NCBI GenBank assembly: GCA_965208575.1
Contig: CBDBOV010000002.1
Location: 640,001-704,000, forward strand
DNA length: 64,000 bases
Direction of reading: 5' to 3'
Source: Spirochaetia bacterium
GTDB taxonomy: Bacteria; Spirochaetota; Spirochaetia; SZUA-6; Bin103
The translations under genes were made by a program, and so were the position numbers. The stretch's first letter is position 1. Every line of letters starts with the position of its first letter. The notes below the pieces were generated by a model. The model made no database searches. It worked only from the letters and a program-made list of their open reading frames with translations, and was not told the DNA's origin. Below, in pieces: positions 20,080 to 29,836 of this stretch.

Positions 20080-21495
20080 ATGCTGTCGCAGCAGCCCGTC
20101 CTCCGCCAGGAACAGCGCCTCAAGATGACGCCCCAGCTCTACCAGGCAATCCGCATCATGGCGATGCCGGTGCAGGAGCTGCAGGCTACCATCCAGCAGG
20201 AACTGGAGCGCAATCCGGCGCTGGAGGTGATGGAAGACAACTCTACCGCGTCGCTGGAAACCGAGCCGGCGGCCGGCGCCGAGGAGAGCGTATTCGCCGA
20301 GTCCTCCGATCCGGGGTACCTGAACGGCAGCCACGGCGCCGAGGCGGACGCCAAGCGCCAGTTCATCGAGGGTGCCCTCACGCGACCGGAGACGCTGCAG
20401 GAGCATCTGCTGTGGCAACTCCGCCTGCAGCCGCTCGCCGGGCCGGAGTTCGAGCTCGGCGAGATGCTGATCCGCAATCTGGACGACAATGGCTTCACGC
20501 TCGAGGAGCCCGATACCCTCGCCGAGGACGTGCCGCCGGAGCGCCTCGCCAAGGTTACCGCGATGATCCAGGCGTTCGATCCGCCCGGTTGCTGCACGCG
20601 TGACTACACCGACTCGCTGCTGGCGCAGATTCGCGTGCATCCGCGGGCACTGCCGGGCAGCGCCGAGCTGGTGCGCAGCCACCTGGAGCTGGCCGAACGC
20701 GGCAAGACGGCGGACATCGCGCGGGCCATGGCGATCCCGGAGCAGGAGGTACATGACCTCCTGGCATTCGTGCGCGAGCTCGATCCGATCCCGGGCCGCA
20801 ATTTCAGCGCCGAACAGGTGCGCTACGTGAGCCCCGATGTGATCGTGAAACAGATCGACGGCGAACTCGCGCTCGCGCTCAACGATCAGCAGATGCCGGT
20901 GCTCGGCGTGAGTCCGTTTTTCGAACAACTGAGCCGCGACAGCCGTGACCGCCGCGACCGCCGTGACAGCCGCGACAGGGAGCTGAAGAAGTTCGTCAAC
21001 CACAATCTGCAGGACGCGCGCTGGTTCATGCGCAGTATCGACGAACGCAACCGCTCGCTGCTGAAAGTCACCCGGGCGGTGGTCGACGCCCAGCGCGAAT
21101 TCTTCCGGCGCGGCGCCAAGTACCTGGTGCCGCTGACGCTGAAGGACGTGGCTGCCGACGTCGGCGTGCATGAAGCGACCGTGTCGCGGTTGGCCAACGG
21201 CAAGCACGTCCAGACCGAGTTCGGTATTTTTGAACTGCGCTACTTTTTTACCAATTCGATTTCCGGCGCGGGATCGAAGGGGTCGCGCTTCTCCAAGACC
21301 GCGGTCAAGGAGATGCTGCGCGAAATCATCGAGAATGCCGCCGTGGCCGGCCGCCATGATGGCGCGGCCGCGAAACCGCCGTCGGACAGCCGGCTCGCCG
21401 AGATCCTGGCGGAGAAGGGAGTGCGCATTGCACGGCGCACGGTGGCAAAGTATCGCAAGGAGCTGAATATCGACAGCTCGTATCGCCGCGCCTGA
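20080..21495 (+). CDS. rpoN: RNA polymerase sigma-54 factor
   Basis: MTPQLYQAI, NPALE, HEATVSR, RpoN box ARRTVAKYR. Confidence 0.97.
   Translation: MLSQQPVLRQEQRLKMTPQLYQAIRIMAMPVQELQATIQQELERNPALEVMEDNSTASLETEPAAGAEESVFAESSDPGYLNGSHGAEADAKRQFIEGALTRPETLQEHLLWQLRLQPLAGPEFELGEMLIRNLDDNGFTLEEPDTLAEDVPPERLAKVTAMIQAFDPPGCCTRDYTDSLLAQIRVHPRALPGSAELVRSHLELAERGKTADIARAMAIPEQEVHDLLAFVRELDPIPGRNFSAEQVRYVSPDVIVKQIDGELALALNDQQMPVLGVSPFFEQLSRDSRDRRDRRDSRDRELKKFVNHNLQDARWFMRSIDERNRSLLKVTRAVVDAQREFFRRGAKYLVPLTLKDVAADVGVHEATVSRLANGKHVQTEFGIFELRYFFTNSISGAGSKGSRFSKTAVKEMLREIIENAAVAGRHDGAAAKPPSDSRLAEILAEKGVRIARRTVAKYRKELNIDSSYRRA
20932..20976 (+). repeat. coding microsatellite, 5 x 9 bp (SRD/RRD) inside rpoN
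   Basis: AGCCGCGAC AGCCGTGAC CGCCGCGAC CGCCGTGAC AGCCGCGAC. Confidence 0.8.
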
Positions 21496-21520
21496 CCACA
21501 ACAACGAGGAGTATCTGCAC

Positions 21521-21847
21521 ATGCAACTGGACATCAAGGCGATTCATTTCTCGCTCAACGAAGTGCAGCGGGAGCACATCGACCGCCGCATCGAGCGATT
21601 CTCGTACGCGCGCGAATACCTGGTCGACCTGGGACTGACGCTGACCCGCGAGGGCAGCCAGTATCACGTCGACGCATCGCTTCACTTTCGCTGGGGTGCG
21701 ACCAACCACCTCAAGGTGAGCGGCTACGACCTGCTGGAGGCGTTCGACCGGCTGATGGACAAGATTCAGCACAAGGTCAGCAAGGAGAAGGAAAAGGTTA
21801 CGCGCGGTTCGCACGGCGCCCCGCACCGCGCCGCGTCGCGCGGCTGA
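21521..21847 (+). CDS. hpf: ribosome hibernation promoting factor (HPF/RaiA)
   Basis: MQLDIKAIHFSL...DLLEAFDRLMDKI; follows rpoN; RBS GAGGAG. Confidence 0.85.
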   Translation: MQLDIKAIHFSLNEVQREHIDRRIERFSYAREYLVDLGLTLTREGSQYHVDASLHFRWGATNHLKVSGYDLLEAFDRLMDKIQHKVSKEKEKVTRGSHGAPHRAASRG

Positions 21848-21870
21848 AGCCTTACCCGACCGTACCGGGC

Positions 21871-22842
21871 ATGCCTGGCAAGGTGACCGTTCTCAACCTG
21901 CTGCAGCTCGAATTGAAGGAGCACGAAGCGCTGCAGTTGACCTGCGCCGCCGCGCGCCGCGGCCTCGCCGCGGAGTTGCACGTTCCCGAGTTGAACCGGC
22001 CCGGCCTGGCGCTCGGCGGGTTCTTCGACAGCTTCGCCTTTCAGCGCGTCCAGGTGTTCGGACGGGGAGAGAGCGCCTACCTGCGCAAGCTCGCCGAGGA
22101 ACGTGCCACCGAGTCGCTCGAACGGATGGTTGCCTATGACATCCCGTGCAGCGTGTTCACCCACGGCATCGAGCCGACCGAGGACTTTCTGCGCCTGTCG
22201 GAGGCGGCCGGGCGCGCCGTGCTGCGCACGCCGTTGACCACCGCGGAATTCACCGCCCGCGTGGAACGTATCCTGGCCCTGATGTTCGCCCCCTCCGAGC
22301 GCGTGCACGGGGTCATGCTCGAGGTGTTCGGCATGGGCGTGCTGATTCAGGGCCCGAGCGGCGTCGGCAAGAGCGAGGCCGCCCTGGCCCTGGTCGAGCG
22401 CGGCCACCGGCTGGTGGCGGACGACGTGGTGGAGGTACGCCTGGTGGACAACGTGCTGCACGGCAGCGGCATCCGCGAGGCCAGCCATCACATGGAAATC
22501 CGCGGCCTCGGCATCATCAATATCTCCTACCTGTTCGGTGTCGGGGCGATTCTCGACTCCAAGAACATCCAGTTGGTGGTGCGCCTTGAAGATTGGGACA
22601 ATTCCGCCGATTATGATCGAGTAGGGCTGGACGAGCGAACGGTGGACTTTCTCGGTGTCGGGGTCCGCGAGGTGCTGATCCCGGTGCGTCCGGGGCGGCC
22701 GATCTGGATCCTCATCGAGACCGCGGCCATGAACGAAAGGCTCAAGCACATGGGGTACTATTCGGCGGCGGAGTTCAGTCGAAACGTCACCCGGTGGCTC
22801 GACAGCCGAAGGCCGCGGGAAGTCACCGTAGAGGAGTGGTAA
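21871..22842 (+). CDS. hprK: HPr kinase/phosphorylase
   Basis: NRPGLALGG, VHGV, GPSGVGKSE, GHRLVADD, HMEIRGLGII. Confidence 0.96.
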   Translation: MPGKVTVLNLLQLELKEHEALQLTCAAARRGLAAELHVPELNRPGLALGGFFDSFAFQRVQVFGRGESAYLRKLAEERATESLERMVAYDIPCSVFTHGIEPTEDFLRLSEAAGRAVLRTPLTTAEFTARVERILALMFAPSERVHGVMLEVFGMGVLIQGPSGVGKSEAALALVERGHRLVADDVVEVRLVDNVLHGSGIREASHHMEIRGLGIINISYLFGVGAILDSKNIQLVVRLEDWDNSADYDRVGLDERTVDFLGVGVREVLIPVRPGRPIWILIETAAMNERLKHMGYYSAAEFSRNVTRWLDSRRPREVTVEEW

Positions 22843-23117
22843 CGCTGATCGTACGGGAAGTTCTCATCATCAACCGCGCTGGAATCCACGCCCGGCCCGC
22901 CGCCAAGCTGGTTCGAACCGCCGGTGCGTTCTCCTCCGACATCTTCCTGGAGAGCGGCGGAGAACGGGTCAACGGGAAGTCGATCATGGGCATCATCACG
23001 CTCGGCGCAACCTACAGGACCACGGTCAAGATCATCGCCGACGGCGCCGACGAAGAAGCTGCCGTGGAAGCGCTTGAGGACCTGTTTGCGCGCCGCTTCG
23101 AGGACGTCCAGATCTGA
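22836..23117 (+). CDS. ptsH: phosphocarrier protein HPr
   Basis: GIHARPA (His15 site) and GKSIM (Ser46 site). Confidence 0.93.
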   Translation: MVTLIVREVLIINRAGIHARPAAKLVRTAGAFSSDIFLESGGERVNGKSIMGIITLGATYRTTVKIIADGADEEAAVEALEDLFARRFEDVQI

Positions 23118-23241
23118 CCGGGCGGCGCGGCGGCGGTAGGCGTCGGTGGCGGCGGTAGGCGGCGGTTGTCGCGGCTGCGCCAGATCGGGATAATTGCACC
23201 CGGGGGCCGATGACGGACGCGATGGTACGGAGCGGGGTTGC

Positions 23242-23847
23242 GTGCGCGGGTTGACGGTGCGCCAGCGCGAGGTGCTGGATTTCATCAACGGCTACATTGA
23301 GCATCACCGTTACCCGCCCGCGATTCGTGAGCTTGCCGAGCACTTCTCCATTTCCATTCGAGGCGCATACGATCATCTGAAGGCGCTCCGGAAGAAAGGC
23401 TACGTGCGTTCGGCCGAAGGACGGCCGCGCTCGCTGGAGGTGCTCGACGACGGCTCGGACGAGCGCCGGCGCCGCCTGGTGCGCATCCCGCTGCTTGGAC
23501 CAGTCGCCGCCGGCGCGCCGGTGTTTGCCGAGGACAACGTCGTTGGCACCATCGCCGTATCGGACGAACTGCTGGGGTCCGGTACCTGCTTTGCCCTGCG
23601 CGTGCGCGGCGACAGCATGTGCGACGCCGGCATTCTCGACGGCGACGTCGCCATCGTTCGGCGCCAGGAGCACGCCGACAACGGCGACATCGTGGTGGCG
23701 ATGATCGAGGAGGAGGCGACCCTCAAGCGTTTCTTTCGCGAAAGCAACCGCATTCGGCTGCAGGCGGAGAACGCCGCCTATCCACCGATCTTTACCCGGG
23801 ATCTGCGCATTCTCGGCAAGCTGCGCGCCGTGCAGCGCACCTACTAG
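23242..23847 (+). CDS. lexA: SOS repressor LexA
   Basis: LTVRQREVLDFI, YPPAIRE, cleavage site VAAG, GDSM (Ser), TLKR (Lys). Confidence 0.96.
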   Translation: MRGLTVRQREVLDFINGYIEHHRYPPAIRELAEHFSISIRGAYDHLKALRKKGYVRSAEGRPRSLEVLDDGSDERRRRLVRIPLLGPVAAGAPVFAEDNVVGTIAVSDELLGSGTCFALRVRGDSMCDAGILDGDVAIVRRQEHADNGDIVVAMIEEEATLKRFFRESNRIRLQAENAAYPPIFTRDLRILGKLRAVQRTY

Positions 23848-23864
23848 CGCGGGTCGGAACGCCA

Positions 23865-24950
23865 GTGGCCGCCACCGCCCGCCGGCGCTCCACCGGCGGC
23901 CGCCGCTCGGCAAACACGCAGCGGTCGACACCACCGCCGCCGCCGCGCGGTCTGGCGGGGGGCGTTCACCTGCTGCTCGGCCCGGAGCTCGGCCAGAAGA
24001 GCGATTTCGTGGCGCAGATCGTCGCCGCGGCGGAAGCCGCGCACGGCGACACCGAGGTGCAGCGCACCTTTCCGTACGACACCGACCTGATCGACCTGGT
24101 GGCGGCGCTGCGCACACCGGGGTTGTTCACCAGCCATCGCGTGGTCGTGCTGCAGGAGGTGCAGGATCTGCGCGCCGGCAACCAGTTGGACGCTCTGTTG
24201 GGATACGGCGCGGAGCCGTCGGCGGCCAGCACCCTGGTGCTGACCAGCGCCGGGATGGCGCGCGACCTGCCGGCCGCGCTGCCGCGCATGGTGCCGCGGG
24301 CGCGCACGCGGATTTTCTGGGAGATGTTCGAGAACCGGCGCGAGGGCGCGGTGCAGCGCGCCTTTCGCGCCCGCGGCGTCCGCATCGACGCGGAGGCGTG
24401 TGCGCTGATCCTGGAGCTGGCCCCCACCGACAGCGCCGCCCTGGAGGCGCTGTGCGGCAGCCTGGCCGGCTTCTTTGCGTCGGGCGCCTTCGTGGCGGTC
24501 GAGGACATCGAGCCGTACCTCTACCACGGCCGCGAGGAGACGGTGTTCTCGCTGTTCGATCGGGTGGTGGCGCGCGACCTGCAGGGTTGCCTGGAGACGC
24601 TGACCACCCTGCTGCTGGCGCGGCGCGGCGATGCGATACAGATCGTGGCGATGCTGCACAGCCAGTTTCAGCGCCTGCTCCGGTTCAAGGAGCTGCTGGC
24701 GGCGCGCACGGCGCCGGCGCAGGCGCTGGCGGAGTTGCGCATCACCGGCAAGCGCATGCAGCGCACCTTCCAGGAGGCGCACCGCCGCTACGCCGATGCC
24801 GAAATGGAGCCGATTCAGCGGTTGCTGGTGGAGTTCGACACGCGTGCGCGGCTGTTCAGTCAGGAGTTGACGGAACCGCTGCTGCAGCTTCTTCTGTACC
24901 ATATTGTTGCCCGAGGTGGGCAAGGAGCGTGGCGGCCGTTTCGCGTGTGA
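23865..24950 (+). CDS. holA: DNA polymerase III subunit delta
   Basis: HLLLGPELGQK, GLF..HRVVV, FWEMFE, HGREETVFSLFD. Start approximate. Confidence 0.8.
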   Translation: MAATARRRSTGGRRSANTQRSTPPPPPRGLAGGVHLLLGPELGQKSDFVAQIVAAAEAAHGDTEVQRTFPYDTDLIDLVAALRTPGLFTSHRVVVLQEVQDLRAGNQLDALLGYGAEPSAASTLVLTSAGMARDLPAALPRMVPRARTRIFWEMFENRREGAVQRAFRARGVRIDAEACALILELAPTDSAALEALCGSLAGFFASGAFVAVEDIEPYLYHGREETVFSLFDRVVARDLQGCLETLTTLLLARRGDAIQIVAMLHSQFQRLLRFKELLAARTAPAQALAELRITGKRMQRTFQEAHRRYADAEMEPIQRLLVEFDTRARLFSQELTEPLLQLLLYHIVARGGQGAWRPFRV

Positions 24951-26967
24951 CGCCGGCACGGGCGGCGATCGTCTCCGGCGACGCGGCGAGCATCGCGGGC
25001 ACCGAGTCGAACGCCTCCAGCAGGCGGCGGCTGCGCACCCGTCCGATGCCGTGCACCGCCTCCAGCATCGACGTCGACACGCGCTTGCCGCGCAGCCGCC
25101 GGTTGAACGAGTTGGCGAACCGGTGCGACTCGTCGCGGGCGGCCTGCAGCAGGCGCAGCGCCGCCGAGCCCTCGGGCAGCGCAACCGGCGACGACCGGCC
25201 CGGCACGAACACCTCTTCGTTGCGCTTGGCCAGGCCGGCCACCGGCACGCTGTCCAGCTCCAGGGCGCGCAGGATCCTGGTGGCGGCGCTGACCTGTCCC
25301 TTGCCGCCGTCCACCAGCACCAGGTCGGGCAGCGCGCGGTTGTCGTTGACGGCGCGGGTGTAGCGCCGGGCCACCACCTCCCGCATCGCCGCATAGTCGT
25401 CCACCTTGCCGTCCAGGCTGCGCAGCCGGAAGTGGCGGTAGGACTGCTTCTCCGGGCGCCCGTCGGCGAACACTACCAGCGAGGCAACCGCGTCGCTGCC
25501 CTCCAGGTGGGAAATGTCGAATGCCTCGATACGGCGCGGCACGGCATCGAGGTGCAGCGCCGTGCGCAACTCCTCGAGCACCCGGAACTGGGCGTCGCGC
25601 CCGGCGCGCTTCTGCTCGCTGCTCTCCCACTCCACCTGCGCGTTGTGCTCCGCCATGCGCAGGAAGCGCACGTGCTTGCCGCGCTGCGGCACCCGCACCT
25701 CCAGCCGCGCCGGCCGCCGCCCGCGCGGCGCCGCCGGAGCCATGCCGTCTGCCGAGGCGGCCGCCGTAGCGCCAACCGCCGGCCCGCCGGCCGGGGCCGC
25801 GCCGGCTCCCGGTTCCGACCCCGCCCCGTGGGCCGCGGGAGCCCCGGCCACCGAGGCCGCCGCCGCGTCCCCAACCGCGGCGGCCGCACCCGCGTGAGGT
25901 TCCGCCGGCGCTGTGCCGGCGGCCGGTTCGGCATTCGCCGGATCCGCGCCGAGCGCGCGGTCGAGGGCATTCTGCAGTACCTCGGCCGCCGCCGGCGGCA
26001 GGCGCAGGAACACGGTGCGCGGGCGGGTCTGCACGCCGGCGTAGAACTGCAGCAGGAAGCTCGGCAGCACCTCTTCCGGCGGCGCCTCGTCGACCAGCCG
26101 AAAGCGCTCCTTGCCGACCAGTTGTCCGTGCCGGAACTGAAGGAGGGTGACCGTGTAATGGGAGCCGTCGCGATGGCAGCCCACGTAGTCGCGCGCCTCG
26201 CGCGAGAAGTCGACCACGTTCTGGTCGCTGTCGGACACCTCGCTGATGGCGCGCACCTGGTCGCGGAACAGCGCCGCCTTCTCGAAGCGCAACGCCTTCG
26301 CCTCCGCCTGCATGCGCGCGCGCAGCTCGCGCACCAGGTCGGCGCTCTTGCCGGTCAGCAGCTTGCGCACCGCCGCCACGCGCTCCTGGTACTCCGCGGC
26401 GCCGATGTTGCCCACGCACGGCGCCGCGCAGCGCCCGATGTGAAAGTTCAGGCACGGCTGGTCGCGTTCCTTGAACACCGCACCGCGCTTGCGCAGCGGG
26501 AACAGCTTGTCGATCAGCGTCAGGTAGATGTCGATCTGGTTCACCTTCGGGAACGGCCCGAAGTACTCGGATCCGTCCAGAACGATGGTGCGGGTGCGAA
26601 ACGCCTTCGGGAACCGCTCGTTGGTGAGGCGGATCACCGGGTACGACTTGCCGTCCTTGAGGTTGATGTTGTAGCGCGGCTTGCGGTCCTTGATGATCGT
26701 GTTCTCCAGCAGCAGCGCCTCGAACTCGCTGCGCGTCACGATCACCTCGAAGTCGGCCACCTTGCTCGCCAGCACTTCCGTCTTGATGTCGCGGTTCCAG
26801 CCCCTGCCGTCCTGAAAGTAGGTCGCCACCCGGGCGCGCAGGTTCTTGGACTTGCCCACGTACAGCACGGCGCCGCGGCGGTCCTTGAGCAGGTACACGC
26901 CGGGCGAGCGCGGCAACTCGCGCGCCAGGCGCGGCAGGTCGGCGGGCAACGGATCGGAAGCAGCCAT
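24856..26967 (-). CDS. uvrC: excinuclease ABC subunit C, with internal low-complexity insertion
   Basis: GIY-YIG PGVY...YVGKSKNL, RIEAFDISH, DGGKGQ, RDESHRFA, C-terminal HhH. Confidence 0.96.
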   Translation of the reverse strand: MAASDPLPADLPRLARELPRSPGVYLLKDRRGAVLYVGKSKNLRARVATYFQDGRGWNRDIKTEVLASKVADFEVIVTRSEFEALLLENTIIKDRKPRYNINLKDGKSYPVIRLTNERFPKAFRTRTIVLDGSEYFGPFPKVNQIDIYLTLIDKLFPLRKRGAVFKERDQPCLNFHIGRCAAPCVGNIGAAEYQERVAAVRKLLTGKSADLVRELRARMQAEAKALRFEKAALFRDQVRAISEVSDSDQNVVDFSREARDYVGCHRDGSHYTVTLLQFRHGQLVGKERFRLVDEAPPEEVLPSFLLQFYAGVQTRPRTVFLRLPPAAAEVLQNALDRALGADPANAEPAAGTAPAEPHAGAAAAVGDAAAASVAGAPAAHGAGSEPGAGAAPAGGPAVGATAAASADGMAPAAPRGRRPARLEVRVPQRGKHVRFLRMAEHNAQVEWESSEQKRAGRDAQFRVLEELRTALHLDAVPRRIEAFDISHLEGSDAVASLVVFADGRPEKQSYRHFRLRSLDGKVDDYAAMREVVARRYTRAVNDNRALPDLVLVDGGKGQVSAATRILRALELDSVPVAGLAKRNEEVFVPGRSSPVALPEGSAALRLLQAARDESHRFANSFNRRLRGKRVSTSMLEAVHGIGRVRSRRLLEAFDSVPAMLAASPETIAARAGVTRETAATLLAHLGQQYGTEEAAAAVPSTPD

Positions 26968-27019
26968 CGGCACCTGCGAACATAGTAGTACGACCCGCCC
27001 CGCCGGCAAACAGCCGCCC

Positions 27020-27046
27020 GCGGTGGGAGCGGTGGGAGCGGTGGGA
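27020..27046 (+). repeat. short tandem repeat 3 x GCGGTGGGA
   Basis: Direct reading of the intergenic region between the divergent uvrC and tRNA-Ala genes. Confidence 0.8.
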
Positions 27047-27117
27047 GTAGGCGCGGCCCGCGATTAGTGGCATATTGAGCCGGCCCGCGCCTGCCCGCAG
27101 GAGCGCGGCCCGCGACC

Positions 27118-27190
27118 GGGGGATTAGCTCAGGTGGTAGAGCGATTGGTTCGCAATCAATAGGTCAGGGGTTCGAGTCCCCTATCCTCCA
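27118..27190 (+). tRNA. tRNA-Ala(CGC)
   Basis: GGGGGAT/ATCCTCC acceptor with G3:U70, AGCTCAG-TGGTAGAGC D arm, loop TT-CGC-AA, GGTTCGAGTCC. CCA not encoded. Confidence 0.95.
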
Positions 27191-27325
27191 TCGATTTCCC
27201 ATGACATCCATTTGCGCGCGACCGTCCGCCGCGGCTGGCGCGCCGCGTACCGATGCAACCGCGGCGTCCATTGGTCGCGGCGGAAGTGGACCGACACAAG
27301 TATTCGCGGTAGCCTGTTCGTCAGG

Positions 27326-28102
27326 ATGGCTGCCGCACCGAAGATCGACTCCCTGCAGGATCTGATCCGCGCGCTCGACGAGCACCCGGAGTGGGTGGAT
27401 GAGTTGCGGGCCCGGCTGCTGCCGCGAGAATTGCTGGAGCTGCCGCAGATACTCGCCGACTTCATCGCCGCGACGGACAAGCGCTTCGAGGCTATCGAAA
27501 CACGGCTCGACCGCCTGGAGGACGGGCAAGCCCGGATCCGGGAAGACATGGCGCTGCTGCAGGACGGGCAAGCCCGGCTACGGGATGACGTGGCGCTGCT
27601 GCAGGACGGGCAAGCCCGGCTACAGGATGACGTGACGCTGCTGAAGGACGGGCAAGCCCGAATACGGGATGACATGGCGCTGCTGAAGGGCGGGCACGCG
27701 AGAACCGTGGCCGAACGTCAGGCCGTCCTCATCGTCGAGGACTTGGGTCTGGAGTACGTGCGCACGCTGAACTTCGAAGACATCACGAACATGGTGCGCA
27801 CTCACGACACGAGCGGCCTCGGGGCGAACGACCTGCGCAGCTTCCGACTGGCGGACCTGATCCTGGAAGCGAAGGAACAGCCGGGTGCAACCTGTTACGT
27901 GGCGGTAGAGATCTCCTTCACGGTCAACGGCAGGGACACGAGGCGCGTGCTACGCAACGCGGAGTATCTGCGCAGGTTCACTGGCCAGCCAGCACATGCC
28001 GTGGTCGCCGGCGTGCACGTCGACGAGCGCATCCGCGAACCCATCGCCGCCAGCGAGGTATCCTGGTATCGGCTGGACCGCAACTCACTGGAAGTCGCCT
28101 AG
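27326..28102 (+). CDS. coiled-coil repeat protein with C-terminal PD-(D/E)XK-like domain
   Basis: HPEWVDELR N-terminus, 14-aa repeats, ADLIL...VAVEISFTV...D..R. Fold assignment is inference. Confidence 0.7.
   Translation: MAAAPKIDSLQDLIRALDEHPEWVDELRARLLPRELLELPQILADFIAATDKRFEAIETRLDRLEDGQARIREDMALLQDGQARLRDDVALLQDGQARLQDDVTLLKDGQARIRDDMALLKGGHARTVAERQAVLIVEDLGLEYVRTLNFEDITNMVRTHDTSGLGANDLRSFRLADLILEAKEQPGATCYVAVEISFTVNGRDTRRVLRNAEYLRRFTGQPAHAVVAGVHVDERIREPIAASEVSWYRLDRNSLEVA
27515..27682 (+). repeat. coding tandem repeat, 4 x 42 bp plus partial fifth copy
   Basis: Units begin CTG(C/G/A)AGGACGGGCAAGCCCG and encode L(E/Q/K)DGQAR(I/L)xxDxxL. Confidence 0.9.
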
Positions 28103-28171
28103 CTGCCTACCCCGGCGGAACCGAGGATTTTTGCGAATCTTGACCAGGCATCGCTACCGCGGCCGCAGGGG

Positions 28172-28927
28172 TCAGAACCGGTAGCGTATGCCTAGCTCGA
28201 TGTGGTGGCCGAGCGCGAGGGCGACCTTGTTGTCGTTTTCGAAGGTGGCCTCGGTGGTGCCCGTCAGGCGGTAGCCGATACTGGTCGTCAGTCCGTCGAA
28301 GACGTAAAAGCCGACGCCGGCGGCCCCCTGGAAGGCCAGCGCCCACACCGAACCGGATAGGTCGTACGGGTCTATCCTGGGGTCTTCGATCACTGTGACG
28401 GAGATCTGCGACGCGCCGACGCCGGCGCCGATGTACGGGGTGACCAGCGTGCCGGTGTCGATGTCGTAGTAGACGGAGGCAACTACGTCCAGAAAGCTGA
28501 TGGAACTGTCGTCCCAGTCGACCTTCTCCAGTGCGTCATTGGCGGGCTTGAGGACGGCTTCTTCCGTAACGTCGAGGTATTTCGTGAGTGTGACGGAGGT
28601 GACCGGTGCTGTGCGGTAGCCGAACGACAACTCGGGGCGGAATCCCGAAATCGAGTACCCGGCTGCGAGCCGGCCCCCCAGGAGTCCCCAGTCGGTGCCG
28701 GCGTCGGCGTCGGTCTGGGTGTCGCCCGCCGCAGGAGCGTGGAAGGTTGTGGTGCCCGGCACCGCCAGCCCGTAGGTGGCGGCGACGTACATTCCGTCGG
28801 CGGTTGCCATCAAATCGTAGTAGTCCGATTGTCCTTCCGCGAACGCGGCGAGCGGTGCCAGCAGGAGCACAGCGCCGCAAAGAAGTCCCAAGCGTTTGAT
28901 CGTCCGTGTGATTGTCGTGATTGTCAT
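28172..28927 (-). CDS. outer-membrane beta-barrel protein (OmpA-TM/opacity-like)
   Basis: Signal peptide ending AFA, YYDIDTGTLVTPYIGAGVG, AFQGAAGVG, terminal GIRYRF BAM motif. Confidence 0.85.
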   Translation of the reverse strand: MTITTITRTIKRLGLLCGAVLLLAPLAAFAEGQSDYYDLMATADGMYVAATYGLAVPGTTTFHAPAAGDTQTDADAGTDWGLLGGRLAAGYSISGFRPELSFGYRTAPVTSVTLTKYLDVTEEAVLKPANDALEKVDWDDSSISFLDVVASVYYDIDTGTLVTPYIGAGVGASQISVTVIEDPRIDPYDLSGSVWALAFQGAAGVGFYVFDGLTTSIGYRLTGTTEATFENDNKVALALGHHIELGIRYRF

Positions 28928-29018
28928 TGCGCCATCACCGTGCAACCTCTGCGCACCGGTGTCAAGGAGCTGCGCCGTATGGCGGGGGTCGCGGGTTTGC
29001 GGCTATCCTCCGCCTACC

Positions 29019-29576
29019 GTGATCGTATCGCGAGAGACCCTGCTGGAACTCATGGCGGCCGGCGAGGTGGTGGTGGAGCCGCTCCATCAGGAACACATGC
29101 AGCCCGCATCGATCGACCTGACCCTCGGCAGCCACTTCCTGAAGGTGGATGAAAACGCCATCGACCGGATTACGCTGGATTCGGAGTTGCGCTACCTCGA
29201 CCTGCACGCCGACAGCGAGACGGAGGAGATCGTGATCCCGCCGCTGTCGTTCCTGCTCGCCGTGACCCGCGAGCGCATCCGGCTGCCGGCCAACATGACC
29301 GCGTTCGTGGAGGGGCGCAGCTCGATCGGGCGCATCGGCCTGTTCATCCAGAACGCCGGCTGGGTCGACCCCGGCTTCGACGGCACCATCACCCTGGAGC
29401 TGTTCAACGCCAACCGCCTGCCGATCCGCCTGCGCGCCGGCCGCCGGATCTGCCAGATCGTGTTCGCACAACTCGACCGCAGCACCAGCCGCCCCTACCA
29501 GGGCAAGTACCAGCACCAGTCAGCCGCCGTCGGCAGCCTCATCCACCTCGACACGACCACGGGCCGGGAAGAGTGA
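29019..29576 (+). CDS. dcd: dCTP deaminase
   Basis: QPASIDLTLG, EGRSSIGRIGL, AGWVDPGFDGTITLEL, YQGKYQ. Confidence 0.95.
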   Translation: MIVSRETLLELMAAGEVVVEPLHQEHMQPASIDLTLGSHFLKVDENAIDRITLDSELRYLDLHADSETEEIVIPPLSFLLAVTRERIRLPANMTAFVEGRSSIGRIGLFIQNAGWVDPGFDGTITLELFNANRLPIRLRAGRRICQIVFAQLDRSTSRPYQGKYQHQSAAVGSLIHLDTTTGREE

Positions 29577-29836
29577 CATAGAAGTAGGTGGCGTACTTGC
29601 CACCACGCGCGCAACGGTGAGCAGTCCGGGCACCGCTAAATGCGATTCCTCAACTCTGAACTCTGGGTGTCGCTCGACAACGCGAACACGGTGCACCGTG
29701 CCGGTGGCGTCCTCTTGTTCCGCCTCCTTCGACCGCCTACGTGCCGGCTCCCCGCGACCCGCCCCCGGCGCGCTTTCCAACCATTGGGTGAGAAGGGCAG
29801 GAACGGCGCAAAGAATTGTGCGGGGGTGTATTTCGC

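Noticed and set aside
26977-26993. CGAACATAGTAGTACG as a LexA box for uvrC
   Set aside because: Spacing does not match GAAC-N4-GTTC, and no similar site was found upstream of lexA.
27515-27700. Regular repeats as a possible CRISPR array
   Set aside because: Units are contiguous, have no unique spacers, are a multiple of 3 and lie in frame within a CDS; there are no cas genes.
29003-29011. CTATCCTCC matching the tRNA-Ala 3' end as a possible att site
   Set aside because: Only 9 bp, no integrase nearby, and better explained as the -10 box of dcd.
29573-29584. GTGACATAGAAG as a third copy of the 88-bp element
   Set aside because: Only a 12-nt match with no flanking similarity; compatible with chance.
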